From the NCBI GenBank assembly GCA_020850295.1, contig JADZEV010000010.1, positions 1 to 34,993 of the forward strand: 34,993 nt of DNA. Direction: 5' to 3'. The notes under the pieces are model-generated. The model was not told the origin of the DNA. It did not search any database and saw only the letters and a list, made by a program, of their open reading frames with translations. Every line of letters begins with the position of its first letter. Positions within the stretch are counted from its first letter, which is position 1. The translations under genes were made by a program, and so were the position numbers. Below, in pieces: positions 1 through 9,467 of this stretch. Origin of the DNA: Candidatus Nomurabacteria bacterium. Lineage in GTDB: Bacteria; Patescibacteriota; Minisyncoccia; Phycocordibacterales; UBA9973.

Positions 1-40
1 AGAACTCGACGAAAAAAAGCATTCGTGTAATATATCTTTT

Positions 41-787
41 ATGGCCACAGAAAAAATCTATCTATATGGTAAACATGCTCTAACAGAGGCTCTTTTGTCT
101 CGCCCAGAAGTTATTTCTAAAGTTTTTTTAAGTAAAGAAATGGAAACAGATACTGAGCTAGCTTCACTTCTTAAGAAACACTCTATATCTATAAGTGGTA
201 TGAAAGGCGATGTTAAAAGAGGTATTGGCTCTGATGCCGTACACCAAGGTGTAATCGCGGTTCTAAATCCTGAGAAACTTTATTCTTCTTTTGAAGATGC
301 CTTAAAAAATTCTGAAAAAAAGAAAAATCCTTGCATTGTTTTACTTGATGAGCTCCATGACCCTCACAACGTTGGAGCTATTATTCGTAGTGCCGTGGCG
401 TTTGGTGCTAGTGCAATACTGCTTCCAAAGCACAATCAAGCTCCTATAACAGGCGTAGTTATCAAAACTTCAGCTGGTATGGTTTTTCGTATACCGATAG
501 TTCTGATAGGCAATGTCAATCAAACCATAAGGGATTTGAAGGATAAGGGTTACTGGTCTTATGGACTGGTTATGAACGGTAGTACCAATCTTCTTGATGC
601 CAAATTTGATAGCCCAACGCTCTTAATAGTGGGAAATGAATCTGTAGGTATAAGAGAAAAGACACTTGAGCTTTGTGATATACCACTTTCTATACCAATG
701 GATCCAAAATGTGAATCCTTAAATGCTGCCACTGCTACATCGATAGTTTTATACGAATATAGTAGGACAAATTTAGATCTGCAGTAA
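41..787 (+). CDS. SpoU/TrmH-family RNA 2'-O-methyltransferase (RlmB-like)
   Basis: 248-aa ORF with SpoU-type motifs HDPHNVGAIIRSAVAFGA, LIVGNESVGI and LNAATATSIVLYE. Confidence 0.85.
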   Translation: MATEKIYLYGKHALTEALLSRPEVISKVFLSKEMETDTELASLLKKHSISISGMKGDVKRGIGSDAVHQGVIAVLNPEKLYSSFEDALKNSEKKKNPCIVLLDELHDPHNVGAIIRSAVAFGASAILLPKHNQAPITGVVIKTSAGMVFRIPIVLIGNVNQTIRDLKDKGYWSYGLVMNGSTNLLDAKFDSPTLLIVGNESVGIREKTLELCDIPLSIPMDPKCESLNAATATSIVLYEYSRTNLDLQ

Positions 788-812
788 TAAAAATTCTGCT
801 ATAATATAGACA

Positions 813-2567
813 ATGCAAAACGATGGTGATCGAATAACTTATTTTGGAGAAACAAATTTTCGTAACCAACAAACTCGATTTGGTATAAAAAGTCGTGACC
901 GTACTCGACATATGTATGTCGTCGGTAAGTCAGGCGTAGGTAAGTCTACCTTGCTTGAGAATATGGCTATTCAAGATATTCAAAATGGTGAAGGCGTAGC
1001 TGTGCTTGATCCACACGGATCTTTTGCCGAAAAAATGCTCGACTATATTCCTGAAAATCGTATTAAGGATGTTATTTATTTTGCGCCTTTTGATATAGAA
1101 AATCCTATTTCTTTCAACATGCTTGAAGATATAGGGCAAGACAAGAGACACTTTGTTGCGTCAGGTTTGATGAGTACTTTTAAGAAGATTTGGGTAGATG
1201 CCTGGAGTGCTCGTATGGAATATATTTTAAATAATATTCTTTTGGCTCTACTTGAGTATCCAGACGCCACACTTCTCGGTGTAAACAGAATGCTCTCTGA
1301 TAAAGCTTTTCGAAAAAAAGTTGTGGCTAGTATTACTGATCCTTCAGTTAAGTCTTTTTGGACTGACGAATTTGAAAAATATGGTGAGCGATATATGCAA
1401 GAAGCTGGTGCTGCTATTCAGAACAAGATAGGTCAGTTTACAGCAAATCCTTTGATTAGAAATATTATTGGTCAACCAAAGTCTAGTTTTGATGTTCGAG
1501 AAATAATGGACAACAAAAAGATTTTGATTGTAAACCTTTCAAAGGGAAGAATCGGTGAACAAAATACAAGTCTTTTGGGTTCAATGATAATTACTAAGAT
1601 TTATATCGCAGCTATGAGTCGCGCAGATGTTTCTCCTTCTCGTATGGCAGGACTTCCTGCTTTCTATTTTTATGTGGACGAGTTTCAATCTTTTGCCAAC
1701 GAATCTTTTGCTAATATTTTGTCTGAAGCTCGTAAATATAAGCTAGCTCTTATCATTGCCCACCAATACATTGCTCAAATGGAGGAATCAGTTCGAGATG
1801 CTGTTTTTGGAAACGTTGGAACTAGTATTTCTTTCCGGGTAGGACCTCTGGATGCTGAGCTTCTAGAAAAAGTTTATGCTCCACAATTTACATCTACAGA
1901 CCTTATAAACTTAGGTATGGCGCAGATATACCTTTCTTTAATGATAAATGATATTGGATCTCAACCTTTTTCAGCTAAGACGCTTTTTCCTATAGCTAGA
2001 CCTCAAATAACATATAGAAATGATGTTATCGAATGGAGTCGATCAGAATTTGCTAAACCAAAAGATGTCGTTGAGCAAAATATAAATGATTGGTTTAAGG
2101 TAGAAGAATCTGAGAACCAAACCCCAAAAAAACCTTATGTTCCAACCAATAAGGATGCTTATGAGAAAAAATTAAGTTCCAATATTAAAAAAGATAGTGA
2201 GAACAATGTTAAACAAAATACACCTCAAAATAAAACACACAATCCATTTAAGAAAGTATTTGAACAAAATGATTTTAAGCCAAAGAAAGAAGATTCATTT
2301 ATAAAACCTAGTCCAGAGTTGTCTAAGCTTTTAGATTCTATAGATAGCACAAAGAACAATATTGAGAAAAACAATTTTAAAGAAGAAAAGTCTTTATCTG
2401 AAACAATACCTCCCGTTAAGCATGCTGAAAGAGGCCCAACAGAACAAAACAGAAATCTTTTAAAAGAAGCTCTAATGAAAGCAACTTCTTCTGAAAAACC
2501 TTCAAAACAAGAAGATATTGCATCTCAAGAAATTTCTCATAAAGATTTAAAAAAGATTTTGGAGTAG
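813..2567 (+). CDS. Soluble TraD/VirD4-like (type IV coupling protein-like) P-loop ATPase with a long K/E/N-rich disordered tail
   Basis: Walker A GKSGVGKST followed by VLDPHG. Walker B-like FYFYVDEFQSF. No N-terminal TM segment. The last ~170 aa are low complexity. An extended -10 (TGcTATAAT, 797-805) lies 7 nt before the ATG. Confidence 0.65.
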   Translation: MQNDGDRITYFGETNFRNQQTRFGIKSRDRTRHMYVVGKSGVGKSTLLENMAIQDIQNGEGVAVLDPHGSFAEKMLDYIPENRIKDVIYFAPFDIENPISFNMLEDIGQDKRHFVASGLMSTFKKIWVDAWSARMEYILNNILLALLEYPDATLLGVNRMLSDKAFRKKVVASITDPSVKSFWTDEFEKYGERYMQEAGAAIQNKIGQFTANPLIRNIIGQPKSSFDVREIMDNKKILIVNLSKGRIGEQNTSLLGSMIITKIYIAAMSRADVSPSRMAGLPAFYFYVDEFQSFANESFANILSEARKYKLALIIAHQYIAQMEESVRDAVFGNVGTSISFRVGPLDAELLEKVYAPQFTSTDLINLGMAQIYLSLMINDIGSQPFSAKTLFPIARPQITYRNDVIEWSRSEFAKPKDVVEQNINDWFKVEESENQTPKKPYVPTNKDAYEKKLSSNIKKDSENNVKQNTPQNKTHNPFKKVFEQNDFKPKKEDSFIKPSPELSKLLDSIDSTKNNIEKNNFKEEKSLSETIPPVKHAERGPTEQNRNLLKEALMKATSSEKPSKQEDIASQEISHKDLKKILE

Positions 2568-2575
2568 TTTTTATT

Positions 2576-3907
2576 ATGTTTAAATTTGCGACATTGTTCA
2601 TATGTACGATGTTATTATTCTGCAAGCCAGTTTTTGCCAGTGTCAGTATTACAGAAATTGCTTGGATGGGTACAGCGGAGAGTCAGTTTGGAGAATGGAT
2701 AGAGTTATATAACGATAGTTCAGAAAGTATTTCTTTGGCAGGCTGGAAACTTTATGAAGCAGGAGGGGAGCAACTGATATTTACTTTGACAAAGACTATT
2801 CCATCAGAAAGCTATTTACTAATAGAGAGGACCACTGCAAGCTCTCCGGACCCTGTACCTGGTGTTAATGATGAGTCAGGATCATTTGGCGGTAGTGGTC
2901 TTTCTAATACAGGAGAATATTTAGTTTTAAAAAATTCAGGAGGCACTATAGAACAATCTTTAAATTTTTTATCAGGTTGGCCAGCCGGAGATGCTACAAC
3001 CAAACAAACTATGCAATGGGATGGTTCAAAATGGATTACTTCAAGCCCGACACCAAAAGCTAGTGTACAAAAAGGCGCAGACGAAAACCCCGAAGAAACT
3101 AAAAAAGATTTGAGCACAGCCTGGTCTGCCCCAAGGTCTGAACCACACATAGAAATATCAATACCAAAAAATATTTATACTAAAGTTAGTGCCGAGTTTA
3201 GCGCCAAAACATTTTTAGAATTTGGGCAAGCTTATAACGGTTTGTTTTTATGGAATATGGGAGATGGTACTGTTTACAAATCAAGTTCTCCTAAAAATAT
3301 TTATCACACTTATGAATATCCAGGGCTATACACTATTTCTTTTGCTTATTATAGAGCTCCTTATGAAAACAAACCTTTCTTATCAAGCTCAATTGAAAAA
3401 ACAGTAGTAAATAGTGGTCTTGGTTTTAGGGTGGTAAAAAACCAAGGTTTTGAATTTACAAATGCAGATGTTGTCCCGGTAGATATTTCTGGATGGTTTA
3501 TTGAGTTACCAGATTACCAACTAGTAGAACTTCCACCTTTTAGTATTGTAGCTTCTAAAAAAACGGTTTTAATGCCTTTTAAAGTTTTCGGCTTACCAAG
3601 TAGCAAATACATTGATGCAAAACTTCAAACGCCCGAAAGGACATATACTCTAGAGCAACCAAAAATCCAAGAAAAAGAAACTATAAGTATCAAAACTTCC
3701 TTACCAGCAAGTGCTTCTGGTTCATTTACTAACACAAAAGATGATATCGATGTTAAATCAGATTCTATTTTAGAAGATATAAGCAAGACAAAACAAGAAA
3801 CAAAACCCGATGAAAATAACAATAAAAAGAAATTATTATTTTTCGGTATCCTTGTCTTAGTAGTTAGTCTCTTTATCTTGTCTGAGAAGAAGATGAAGTC
3901 GGATTAG
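2576..3907 (+). CDS. Secreted lamin-tail-domain (LTD) plus PKD-like domain protein with a C-terminal membrane anchor
   Basis: N-terminal signal-like hydrophobic segment. LTD signature ITEIAWMG...EWIELYN...ISLAGWKL. PKD-like NMGDGTVY...HTYEYPGLYTISF. C-terminal hydrophobic LLFFGILVLVVSLFIL followed by basic residues. Confidence 0.7.
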   Translation: MFKFATLFICTMLLFCKPVFASVSITEIAWMGTAESQFGEWIELYNDSSESISLAGWKLYEAGGEQLIFTLTKTIPSESYLLIERTTASSPDPVPGVNDESGSFGGSGLSNTGEYLVLKNSGGTIEQSLNFLSGWPAGDATTKQTMQWDGSKWITSSPTPKASVQKGADENPEETKKDLSTAWSAPRSEPHIEISIPKNIYTKVSAEFSAKTFLEFGQAYNGLFLWNMGDGTVYKSSSPKNIYHTYEYPGLYTISFAYYRAPYENKPFLSSSIEKTVVNSGLGFRVVKNQGFEFTNADVVPVDISGWFIELPDYQLVELPPFSIVASKKTVLMPFKVFGLPSSKYIDAKLQTPERTYTLEQPKIQEKETISIKTSLPASASGSFTNTKDDIDVKSDSILEDISKTKQETKPDENNNKKKLLFFGILVLVVSLFILSEKKMKSD

Positions 3908-4634
3908 AAGTTGAGTCCTTATCTTCTTTGTCTGATTTAGTCTCCGGTACATTTTTTATATCAATAACTAATTGATCAATTTCTTTTGAAATAATCTTTA
4001 CTTCTTGATCTGACACTTTTTTCAAGGTTTCGTCTACTGCCTTTAGAGCGTCAGTTGAACTTCCGTTTTCTTCTTTAACAACAATCTTTTCTAAATCTTC
4101 TTTTTGTGCCTTCAGGCTCTCTTCAAGGCTGGCTGTGACTTTCAAGGCTTCTTTTGGTTTTTCATCAGAGAGTGTGCCTAACTGTTTTGAAAGAGATTCT
4201 ATATGAGAATCTAGCGCTTTTTGAGCTGTTTCTTGCTTTGCTTTTGTTAGTGTTTTTGAAGCTGCTAATGTCTTGATCTCAGTCAATCGGTTATCTATAA
4301 GTGTTGTTTGATATGAAATTTTTGCTTCTGGGTTTTTTATTAGGGCACCTTTTATTTGCTCGTTAACACTTATCTTTATAGGGTAAAGAGCATCTCCTGG
4401 TAAAGAGTTGTCTGCAACAACAGAAACACTTCCGCCAACAAAAACTATAAACAAAAATGTAGAAAGGCTTATTCGAAGTCCGTGTTGTATTCCACTATAA
4501 AAATATGAAACTTTTGGCTTAGATTCAAGGGTTTGGATGCTTTTTGCTATTTTTGCACGCAAAACAAACCTTTCTTGGTCAGAAAGATTAACATTTTTGA
4601 AAATCTTTAATTGTTCAATTTTTTTATCAATCAT
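3873..4634 (-). CDS. Membrane protein, DUF5667-like putative anti-sigma factor
   Basis: Its ATG overlaps the upstream sigma-factor stop by 8 bp (operon). One TM segment (LSTFLFIVFVGGSVSVVA) followed by LPGDALYPIKISVNE and a long coiled-coil. The 3' end overlaps the convergent LTD gene by 35 bp. Confidence 0.5.
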   Translation of the reverse strand: MIDKKIEQLKIFKNVNLSDQERFVLRAKIAKSIQTLESKPKVSYFYSGIQHGLRISLSTFLFIVFVGGSVSVVADNSLPGDALYPIKISVNEQIKGALIKNPEAKISYQTTLIDNRLTEIKTLAASKTLTKAKQETAQKALDSHIESLSKQLGTLSDEKPKEALKVTASLEESLKAQKEDLEKIVVKEENGSSTDALKAVDETLKKVSDQEVKIISKEIDQLVIDIKNVPETKSDKEDKDSTSNPTSSSSQTR

Positions 4635-5157
4635 AATATGTTTCGTTGTACCGACCTTTTAATTTTTGGATTATTCTATGTATCCGAACTGTCATAGCAT
4701 TCGTACTTTTTCCAAATAGATTTGCTATTTCTTCTATAGGTTTTTCTTCTGTATATCTTAGAAAAATTATTTGCTTACTCTCCTCATCCAAATCCTCCAT
4801 AATATTTTGAAGCATTTTTATATCATCATTTTTGAATATCTCATCGACATCAGTATTTGTCTGTGGGTCAAACCCATTGTCAATCATACTATCCAAAGAG
4901 AAACTTTTAGATTTCTTGTAATAATCAATAACTGCATTCTTAGCAATTCGATAAACAAAAGCGCTTTCGTGTTCTATAGGTTTATCTCTTGAGATATGAC
5001 TCCAAAGCCTGACAAAAGTGTCCTGAGTTATGTCTAAGGCTACATTTCTACTACCAACTCTAAATAAGCTAAAGCGAAATATGGCATCTTGGTATTCATC
5101 AAAAAGCTTGGAAAATAAGGCTTGTTTTTTGTTTTCGGAATTCATAGAACCTTTCAT
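4627..5157 (-). CDS. ECF-type sigma-70 family RNA polymerase sigma factor
   Basis: 176 aa. Region 2-like DAIFRFSLFRVG...DITQDTFVRLW and region 4 helix-turn-helix EEIANLFGKSTNAMTVRIHR. Confidence 0.85.
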   Translation of the reverse strand: MKGSMNSENKKQALFSKLFDEYQDAIFRFSLFRVGSRNVALDITQDTFVRLWSHISRDKPIEHESAFVYRIAKNAVIDYYKKSKSFSLDSMIDNGFDPQTNTDVDEIFKNDDIKMLQNIMEDLDEESKQIIFLRYTEEKPIEEIANLFGKSTNAMTVRIHRIIQKLKGRYNETYYD

Positions 5158-5242
5158 TTATCTTGACGAGTCAAATCGCCTTATATTACACAGTATACAT
5201 TAAAAATAAGCCTTATTCTATATAGGTGTTATAATACTTTTT

Positions 5243-6439
5243 ATGCAAACAAAACAACAGGCAAAAGTGGTCATTATCGGGGGCGGTTTTGCCGGTATAG
5301 AAGCAGCAAAAAAGCTATCTAAAAATAAAAATATTAATCTAACCTTAATAACAAAAAATCCCTTTTTTGAATATTATCCAGCACTGTACAAGCTGGTGAC
5401 AGGAGCTTTGGCTATAGAAGTATGTGTTCCTTACAAAAAAATCTTTCGCAATAAAAGCGTCTCTGTCATACAAGGCCAGTATCATTCGTATGACAATAAT
5501 AAAAAAGAGGTTTCTCTTTATGATGGGCAAACATTTCAATATGATTATTTAGTTTTAGCCATGGGTAGTGAGACAAATTATTTTAATATTCCAGGAATAA
5601 AAGAGTTTGCTTTTTCTTTCAAATCAGCAAAAGAAGCGCTAGCTTTAAAGCAACATTTTTTAGAACTTTTACAAAAATCTAAAGATGTACCAAGGGATGA
5701 ATTAGTAAATCGTTTCCATGTCACCGTTGTCGGAGGAGGAGCTTCAGGTGTAGAACTTGCTGGAGATATAACAACTTATCTAAGAAAAATGACAAAAAGA
5801 TATCATATAGATCCGAGGCTTGTAACCGTTGATCTTTTTGAATCAAACAGTAGAGTTTTAGCAATGATGCCTGAAAAAGTTTCTAACATGGCTGAGTCTA
5901 GATTAAGAAAATTAAAAGTAAATTTATATACAAATAGAACTCTTAAAGCGCAAGATTTAAACAACATTACCGCTAGCGGCATGACTCTTAGTTCTGGGAC
6001 TGTCATTTGGACCGCAGGTACAAAAATAAGTGAATCATTTGAGCCTTTAATACTTGATGCCAAAAAGAGAGTTTTAGTTAACAGCGATTTTAGTTTACCA
6101 GAAGACAAAAATGTTTTTGTTATTGGAGATGGTGCTGGTATCCAAGGATCTGGTCTTGCCCAAGGGGCTATTGCTCATGGAAAACATGTAGCACAAAATA
6201 TATCTAATTTAGTAAATGATATAGAGGCAAAGCCTTTTAAAGCTAAAACATTAGGATATGTTGTACCGATAGGTCATAACTGGGCAGTCTTTACTTATAA
6301 AAATATAACAATCTCAGGTTTTATTCCTTGGTTGATGCGTAGCTTTGTGGATTTTAGGTACTTTACTACCATAGTTTCTTTCCGGTATGTATTAGAAGTA
6401 TTTAGACAGGGTGCAAAATACCGAAGAGGTGAGTGTTAA
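5243..6439 (+). CDS. ndh: Type II NADH dehydrogenase / FAD-dependent pyridine nucleotide-disulfide oxidoreductase
   Basis: Two Rossmann dinucleotide motifs (VVIIGGGFAGIEAA and VTVVGGGASGVELAG) and a C-terminal GD motif (VFVIGDGA). Confidence 0.8.
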   Translation: MQTKQQAKVVIIGGGFAGIEAAKKLSKNKNINLTLITKNPFFEYYPALYKLVTGALAIEVCVPYKKIFRNKSVSVIQGQYHSYDNNKKEVSLYDGQTFQYDYLVLAMGSETNYFNIPGIKEFAFSFKSAKEALALKQHFLELLQKSKDVPRDELVNRFHVTVVGGGASGVELAGDITTYLRKMTKRYHIDPRLVTVDLFESNSRVLAMMPEKVSNMAESRLRKLKVNLYTNRTLKAQDLNNITASGMTLSSGTVIWTAGTKISESFEPLILDAKKRVLVNSDFSLPEDKNVFVIGDGAGIQGSGLAQGAIAHGKHVAQNISNLVNDIEAKPFKAKTLGYVVPIGHNWAVFTYKNITISGFIPWLMRSFVDFRYFTTIVSFRYVLEVFRQGAKYRRGEC

Positions 6440-6440
6440 T

Positions 6441-7184
6441 ATGAAAACACATTGGGATAATGTAGCAGCTTGGTATGATAATCATCTAGAAAATTCTAAT
6501 GATTCATATCAAGAAAAGGTTATAGCTCCAAATTTAACTCGAATACTTGAAATTAAAAAAGGGCAAAATATTTTAGATCTTGCTTGTGGTCAAGGTTACT
6601 TCTCGCGTTTAGTCAAAGAAAAAGGTGCTATTGTTAGCGGTGTTGATTTGTCAAAAGATCTTATAGACTTAGCAAAACAAAGAAGTACAAACATTGAATA
6701 TGTTGTCGCACCAGCTCATCAAACAAAATTAAAAAAAGATTATTTTGATACTATTTTTACAGTCTTAGCTTTTGAAAATATAAAAAATATTGATGAAGTA
6801 ATGCTAGAAATTAAAAGAATTTTAAAAAAAGATGGAAAATTTGTTTTAGTAATGCTTCACCCCGCCTTTCGAATACCACAGCACAGCGATTGGGGTTTTG
6901 ATGAAAATAAATCAGTTCAATATCGTCGTATTGATAGATATCTTTCAGAAACAAAGATAGATATAGAGCAAAATCCTTTTAAATCAAAAGGTAAATCAAC
7001 GGTTACATTTCACAGATCACTTCAGTGGTATATGAAGATTTTTAAGAAAAATGGTTTTGTTATTTCTTCTATAGAAGAATGGATTTCTCACAAGAAAAGT
7101 CAAAAAGGTAAGAGGCAAATAGCAGAAGATATAGCCCGCAAAGAGTTTCCAATGTTTCTTGTGTTAGAACTTAAGAAATTTTAA
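6441..7184 (+). CDS. Class I SAM-dependent methyltransferase
   Basis: SAM-binding motif ILDLACGQGYF. I prefer the ATG at 6441 (GAGGTGA 8 nt upstream) over the GTG at 6411, which overlaps ndh. Confidence 0.8.
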   Translation: MKTHWDNVAAWYDNHLENSNDSYQEKVIAPNLTRILEIKKGQNILDLACGQGYFSRLVKEKGAIVSGVDLSKDLIDLAKQRSTNIEYVVAPAHQTKLKKDYFDTIFTVLAFENIKNIDEVMLEIKRILKKDGKFVLVMLHPAFRIPQHSDWGFDENKSVQYRRIDRYLSETKIDIEQNPFKSKGKSTVTFHRSLQWYMKIFKKNGFVISSIEEWISHKKSQKGKRQIAEDIARKEFPMFLVLELKKF

Positions 7185-7770
7185 TTTTTTCTTCTATCTT
7201 CTTTAAGGCTATTGGGATTTTTTTAAAATCATTCATTAGTTCTTCTCGTAAGCCACCGTTATATAGCGCGGCTGCTGGGTGGTAAAGTGGTAAAAAATAT
7301 TTTGTATTTATTCCAGGTATATTTTTTATAACTAATTTCCCATGAGCATTTGATATTTTAAGATCAGGAAAAAAATGGTTCATAGAGTGTCGCCCTAGAA
7401 AAACTATAAGTTTCGGAGATATTAAATTTAACTCTTGATGAAGCCATTCTTTACAAGCCTCCTTTTCTTTGGGCTCAGGATCGCGGTTGTTCCGTGGGCG
7501 ATACTTAACTATATTTGTTATGTATATATTAGGGCGTGTCATTTTGATGCTTTCAAGCATCTCATCTAGAAATTTACCAGCTGCCCCAACAAAAGGTATA
7601 CCAGTTTCATCTTCTTTTTTACCAGGAGCTTCACCTATAAATACAATCTCGGCTTTATTATTTCCATTACCAAAAACTGCACGAGTCGCAGTATTTTTAA
7701 GTTCACAGGTACAATTTTCTTGCCAATACTTGTTCAAATCTTCTAAGTTATTTAGAGTAGATTCTGACAT
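7171..7770 (-). CDS. Uracil-DNA glycosylase, family 4
   Basis: GEAPGKKEDETGIPFVGAAGKFL and the C-terminal HPAAALYN motif typical of family-4 UDG. Start trimmed to the ATG at 7770 (MSESTL...). Confidence 0.85.
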   Translation of the reverse strand: MSESTLNNLEDLNKYWQENCTCELKNTATRAVFGNGNNKAEIVFIGEAPGKKEDETGIPFVGAAGKFLDEMLESIKMTRPNIYITNIVKYRPRNNRDPEPKEKEACKEWLHQELNLISPKLIVFLGRHSMNHFFPDLKISNAHGKLVIKNIPGINTKYFLPLYHPAAALYNGGLREELMNDFKKIPIALKKIEEKIKIS

Positions 7771-7792
7771 ATTTTTATGATAACATGAGCTC

Positions 7793-8029
7793 ATGTTTGG
7801 ACTAAAAAAGATGTTAACAAATAAGCTTATGGAAAAGCAGCTCAAAAATCTGCCTCCAGCTCAACGCGACGCCATAATGAGTGCTGTTGAAAAAAACCCT
7901 GAGTTTTTCAAAATGCTTTCAAAAGAAATAGAAGATGCAAAAAAGAGTGGCAAAAGTGAAATGGCTGCTTCTATGGAGATAATGCGTAAGCATCAAGGCG
8001 AACTTCAAAAAATAATGATGGGGAAATAG
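7793..8029 (+). CDS. Hypothetical small helical protein (78 aa)
   Basis: ORF only. It lies 3 nt upstream of ychF. No recognisable family. Confidence 0.4.
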   Translation: MFGLKKMLTNKLMEKQLKNLPPAQRDAIMSAVEKNPEFFKMLSKEIEDAKKSGKSEMAASMEIMRKHQGELQKIMMGK

Positions 8030-8032
8030 TAT

Positions 8033-9034
8033 ATGGGACTAAGTATCGGAATCGTAGGACTGCCAAATGTCGGAAAATCGACGCTCTTTAATGCGCTTAC
8101 TAAGAAAGGGGTTCCAGCTGAAAACTATCCATTTTGTACTATCGATCCATCGGTAGGTATTGTGCCTGTGCCAGACGAAAGACTTGGTAAGCTTTCTGAA
8201 TTTTCGCGTTCTGAGAAAACTATTCCTGCGGCTATAGAGTTTGTAGACATTGCTGGACTTGTTGCTGGTGCTAGTAAAGGTGAAGGTTTAGGAAATAAGT
8301 TCTTAGCAAATATTCGTGAGACTGACGCCATACTTCATATGGTTCGAACTTTCGAGGATAAAGATGTTATTCATGTCGCTAACAAAGTAGATCCTATTTT
8401 TGATATCGGGGTTATAAACTTAGAGCTTATAATGGCTGATCTTGAAACAGTAAACAAAAGACTTGAGACAAATAGTAAAGATCAAAAACGAGGTGTTAAG
8501 GAAGCAGTTATCCTGCACACAGCGCTCGAAAAAATAAAAACTGCTCTTGAAGATGAGGTTATGGCTAGTACCGTAATCCTTGAGGACAATGAAAAGCCAT
8601 TGGTTGCTCAACTTAACTTACTAACAATTAAGCCTATGCTTTATGCGCTTAATACTTCGGCGGCTAATGAAAATAAGTTAAAAGAAGTTATTTCTATGTT
8701 ACCAGGGCCATATGTAGAGCTTGATCCAGTTTTTGAAACAGGTTTTGATGAAATGATAAGAGCGTGTTACAAGCTTTTAAGTCTCGAAACCTTTTTTACA
8801 ACAGGAGAATCAGAAACTCGTGCTTGGACTATCAAAATAGGAAGTACTGCTCCTATTGCCGGCACTGCAATACATACAGACTTTAAAGACAAGTTTATTC
8901 GTGCGCAAGTCATCTTTTGGCAAGATTTATTAAACTCAGGAAGCTACGCAGAGGCTAGAAACAAAGGCCTTGTCAGGACAGAAGGGAAGGAATACATAGT
9001 AAAAGATGGTGATGTCGTAGAGTTCTTAATATAA
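8033..9034 (+). CDS. ychF: Ribosome-binding ATPase YchF (Obg-like GTPase family)
   Basis: G1 motif GIVGLPNVGKSTLFNALT, FCTIDP, DIAGLVAGAS, and a C-terminal TGS-like end KEYIVKDGDVVEF. Confidence 0.9.
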   Translation: MGLSIGIVGLPNVGKSTLFNALTKKGVPAENYPFCTIDPSVGIVPVPDERLGKLSEFSRSEKTIPAAIEFVDIAGLVAGASKGEGLGNKFLANIRETDAILHMVRTFEDKDVIHVANKVDPIFDIGVINLELIMADLETVNKRLETNSKDQKRGVKEAVILHTALEKIKTALEDEVMASTVILEDNEKPLVAQLNLLTIKPMLYALNTSAANENKLKEVISMLPGPYVELDPVFETGFDEMIRACYKLLSLETFFTTGESETRAWTIKIGSTAPIAGTAIHTDFKDKFIRAQVIFWQDLLNSGSYAEARNKGLVRTEGKEYIVKDGDVVEFLI

Positions 9035-9061
9035 AAATCTATAGATTTTTATATTAAGAAC
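9022..9061. repeat. Perfect 40-bp palindrome spanning the ychF stop codon
   Basis: GTTCTTAATATAAAAATCTA|TAGATTTTTATATTAAGAAC. The two 20-nt arms are exact reverse complements. Confidence 0.9.
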
Positions 9062-9148
9062 TTGGAGATCCTGAGACGAACCATTCCAGTGAACCGTAGG
9101 GTAGCAGAATTCTTGATTTAGTTGACATTTATAGCTAATATTGTGCTA

Positions 9149-9177
9149 TTGACTTTATCATCAAAAGGTGCTATAAT
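9149..9177 (+). promoter_or_regulatory. Sigma-70-type promoter (TTGACT-17-TATAAT with an extended TG)
   Basis: TTGACT at 9149-9154, a 17-nt spacer ending in TGc, TATAAT at 9172-9177. It is 24 nt upstream of the 9202 ORF. Confidence 0.6.
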
Positions 9178-9201
9178 TTATTTAAACAAAATCAAAATAT
9201 T

Positions 9202-9432
9202 ATGAAAAAGCTCATAGTTTTTCTCGTGGTTATTGGTTTAATTTTCTTTGGATATTTCAAAACAGACGGATTTACATATTTAAATGGTGATCTTAGTCGT
9301 AATTTCACCGGTTTATTAATGGTTGTCGCTATAGTTACATCTATAATCGCTTTTTGTTATTTGGTTAGTGGTTTAAAATTTTTTAAAAAAGCGATTAATG
9401 ATATGCCAATTACTCCGTTTGAAAAAGAGTAA
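9202..9432 (+). CDS. Small two-TM membrane protein (76 aa), hypothetical
   Basis: Two hydrophobic helices. It has its own strong promoter and is followed by a terminator. Confidence 0.5.
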   Translation: MKKLIVFLVVIGLIFFGYFKTDGFTYLNGDLSRNFTGLLMVVAIVTSIIAFCYLVSGLKFFKKAINDMPITPFEKE

Positions 9433-9433
9433 C

Positions 9434-9467
9434 AAAAAAAGCCTGAGTGTTATACTCGGGCTTTTTC
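9434..9467. terminator. Bidirectional intrinsic terminator
   Basis: 9-bp stem AGCCTGAGT/ACTCGGGCT flanked by an A-run and a T-run, between convergent genes. Confidence 0.75.

Noticed and set aside
6411-6440. The GTG start at 6411 for the methyltransferase. Similarly 7845 for UDG, 21536 for topA and 10867 for the ORF after tRNA-Trp.
   Set aside because: The longer forms overlap the neighbouring gene or tRNA and add non-conserved residues. The internal ATGs give canonical N-termini (for example MNLLIVESPSK for TopA).
9062-9148. A relatively GC-rich spacer after the ychF palindrome as a riboswitch or small RNA.
   Set aside because: I recognised no known riboswitch core motif, and it has no clear promoter or terminator of its own. 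It is mentioned only under the palindrome finding.
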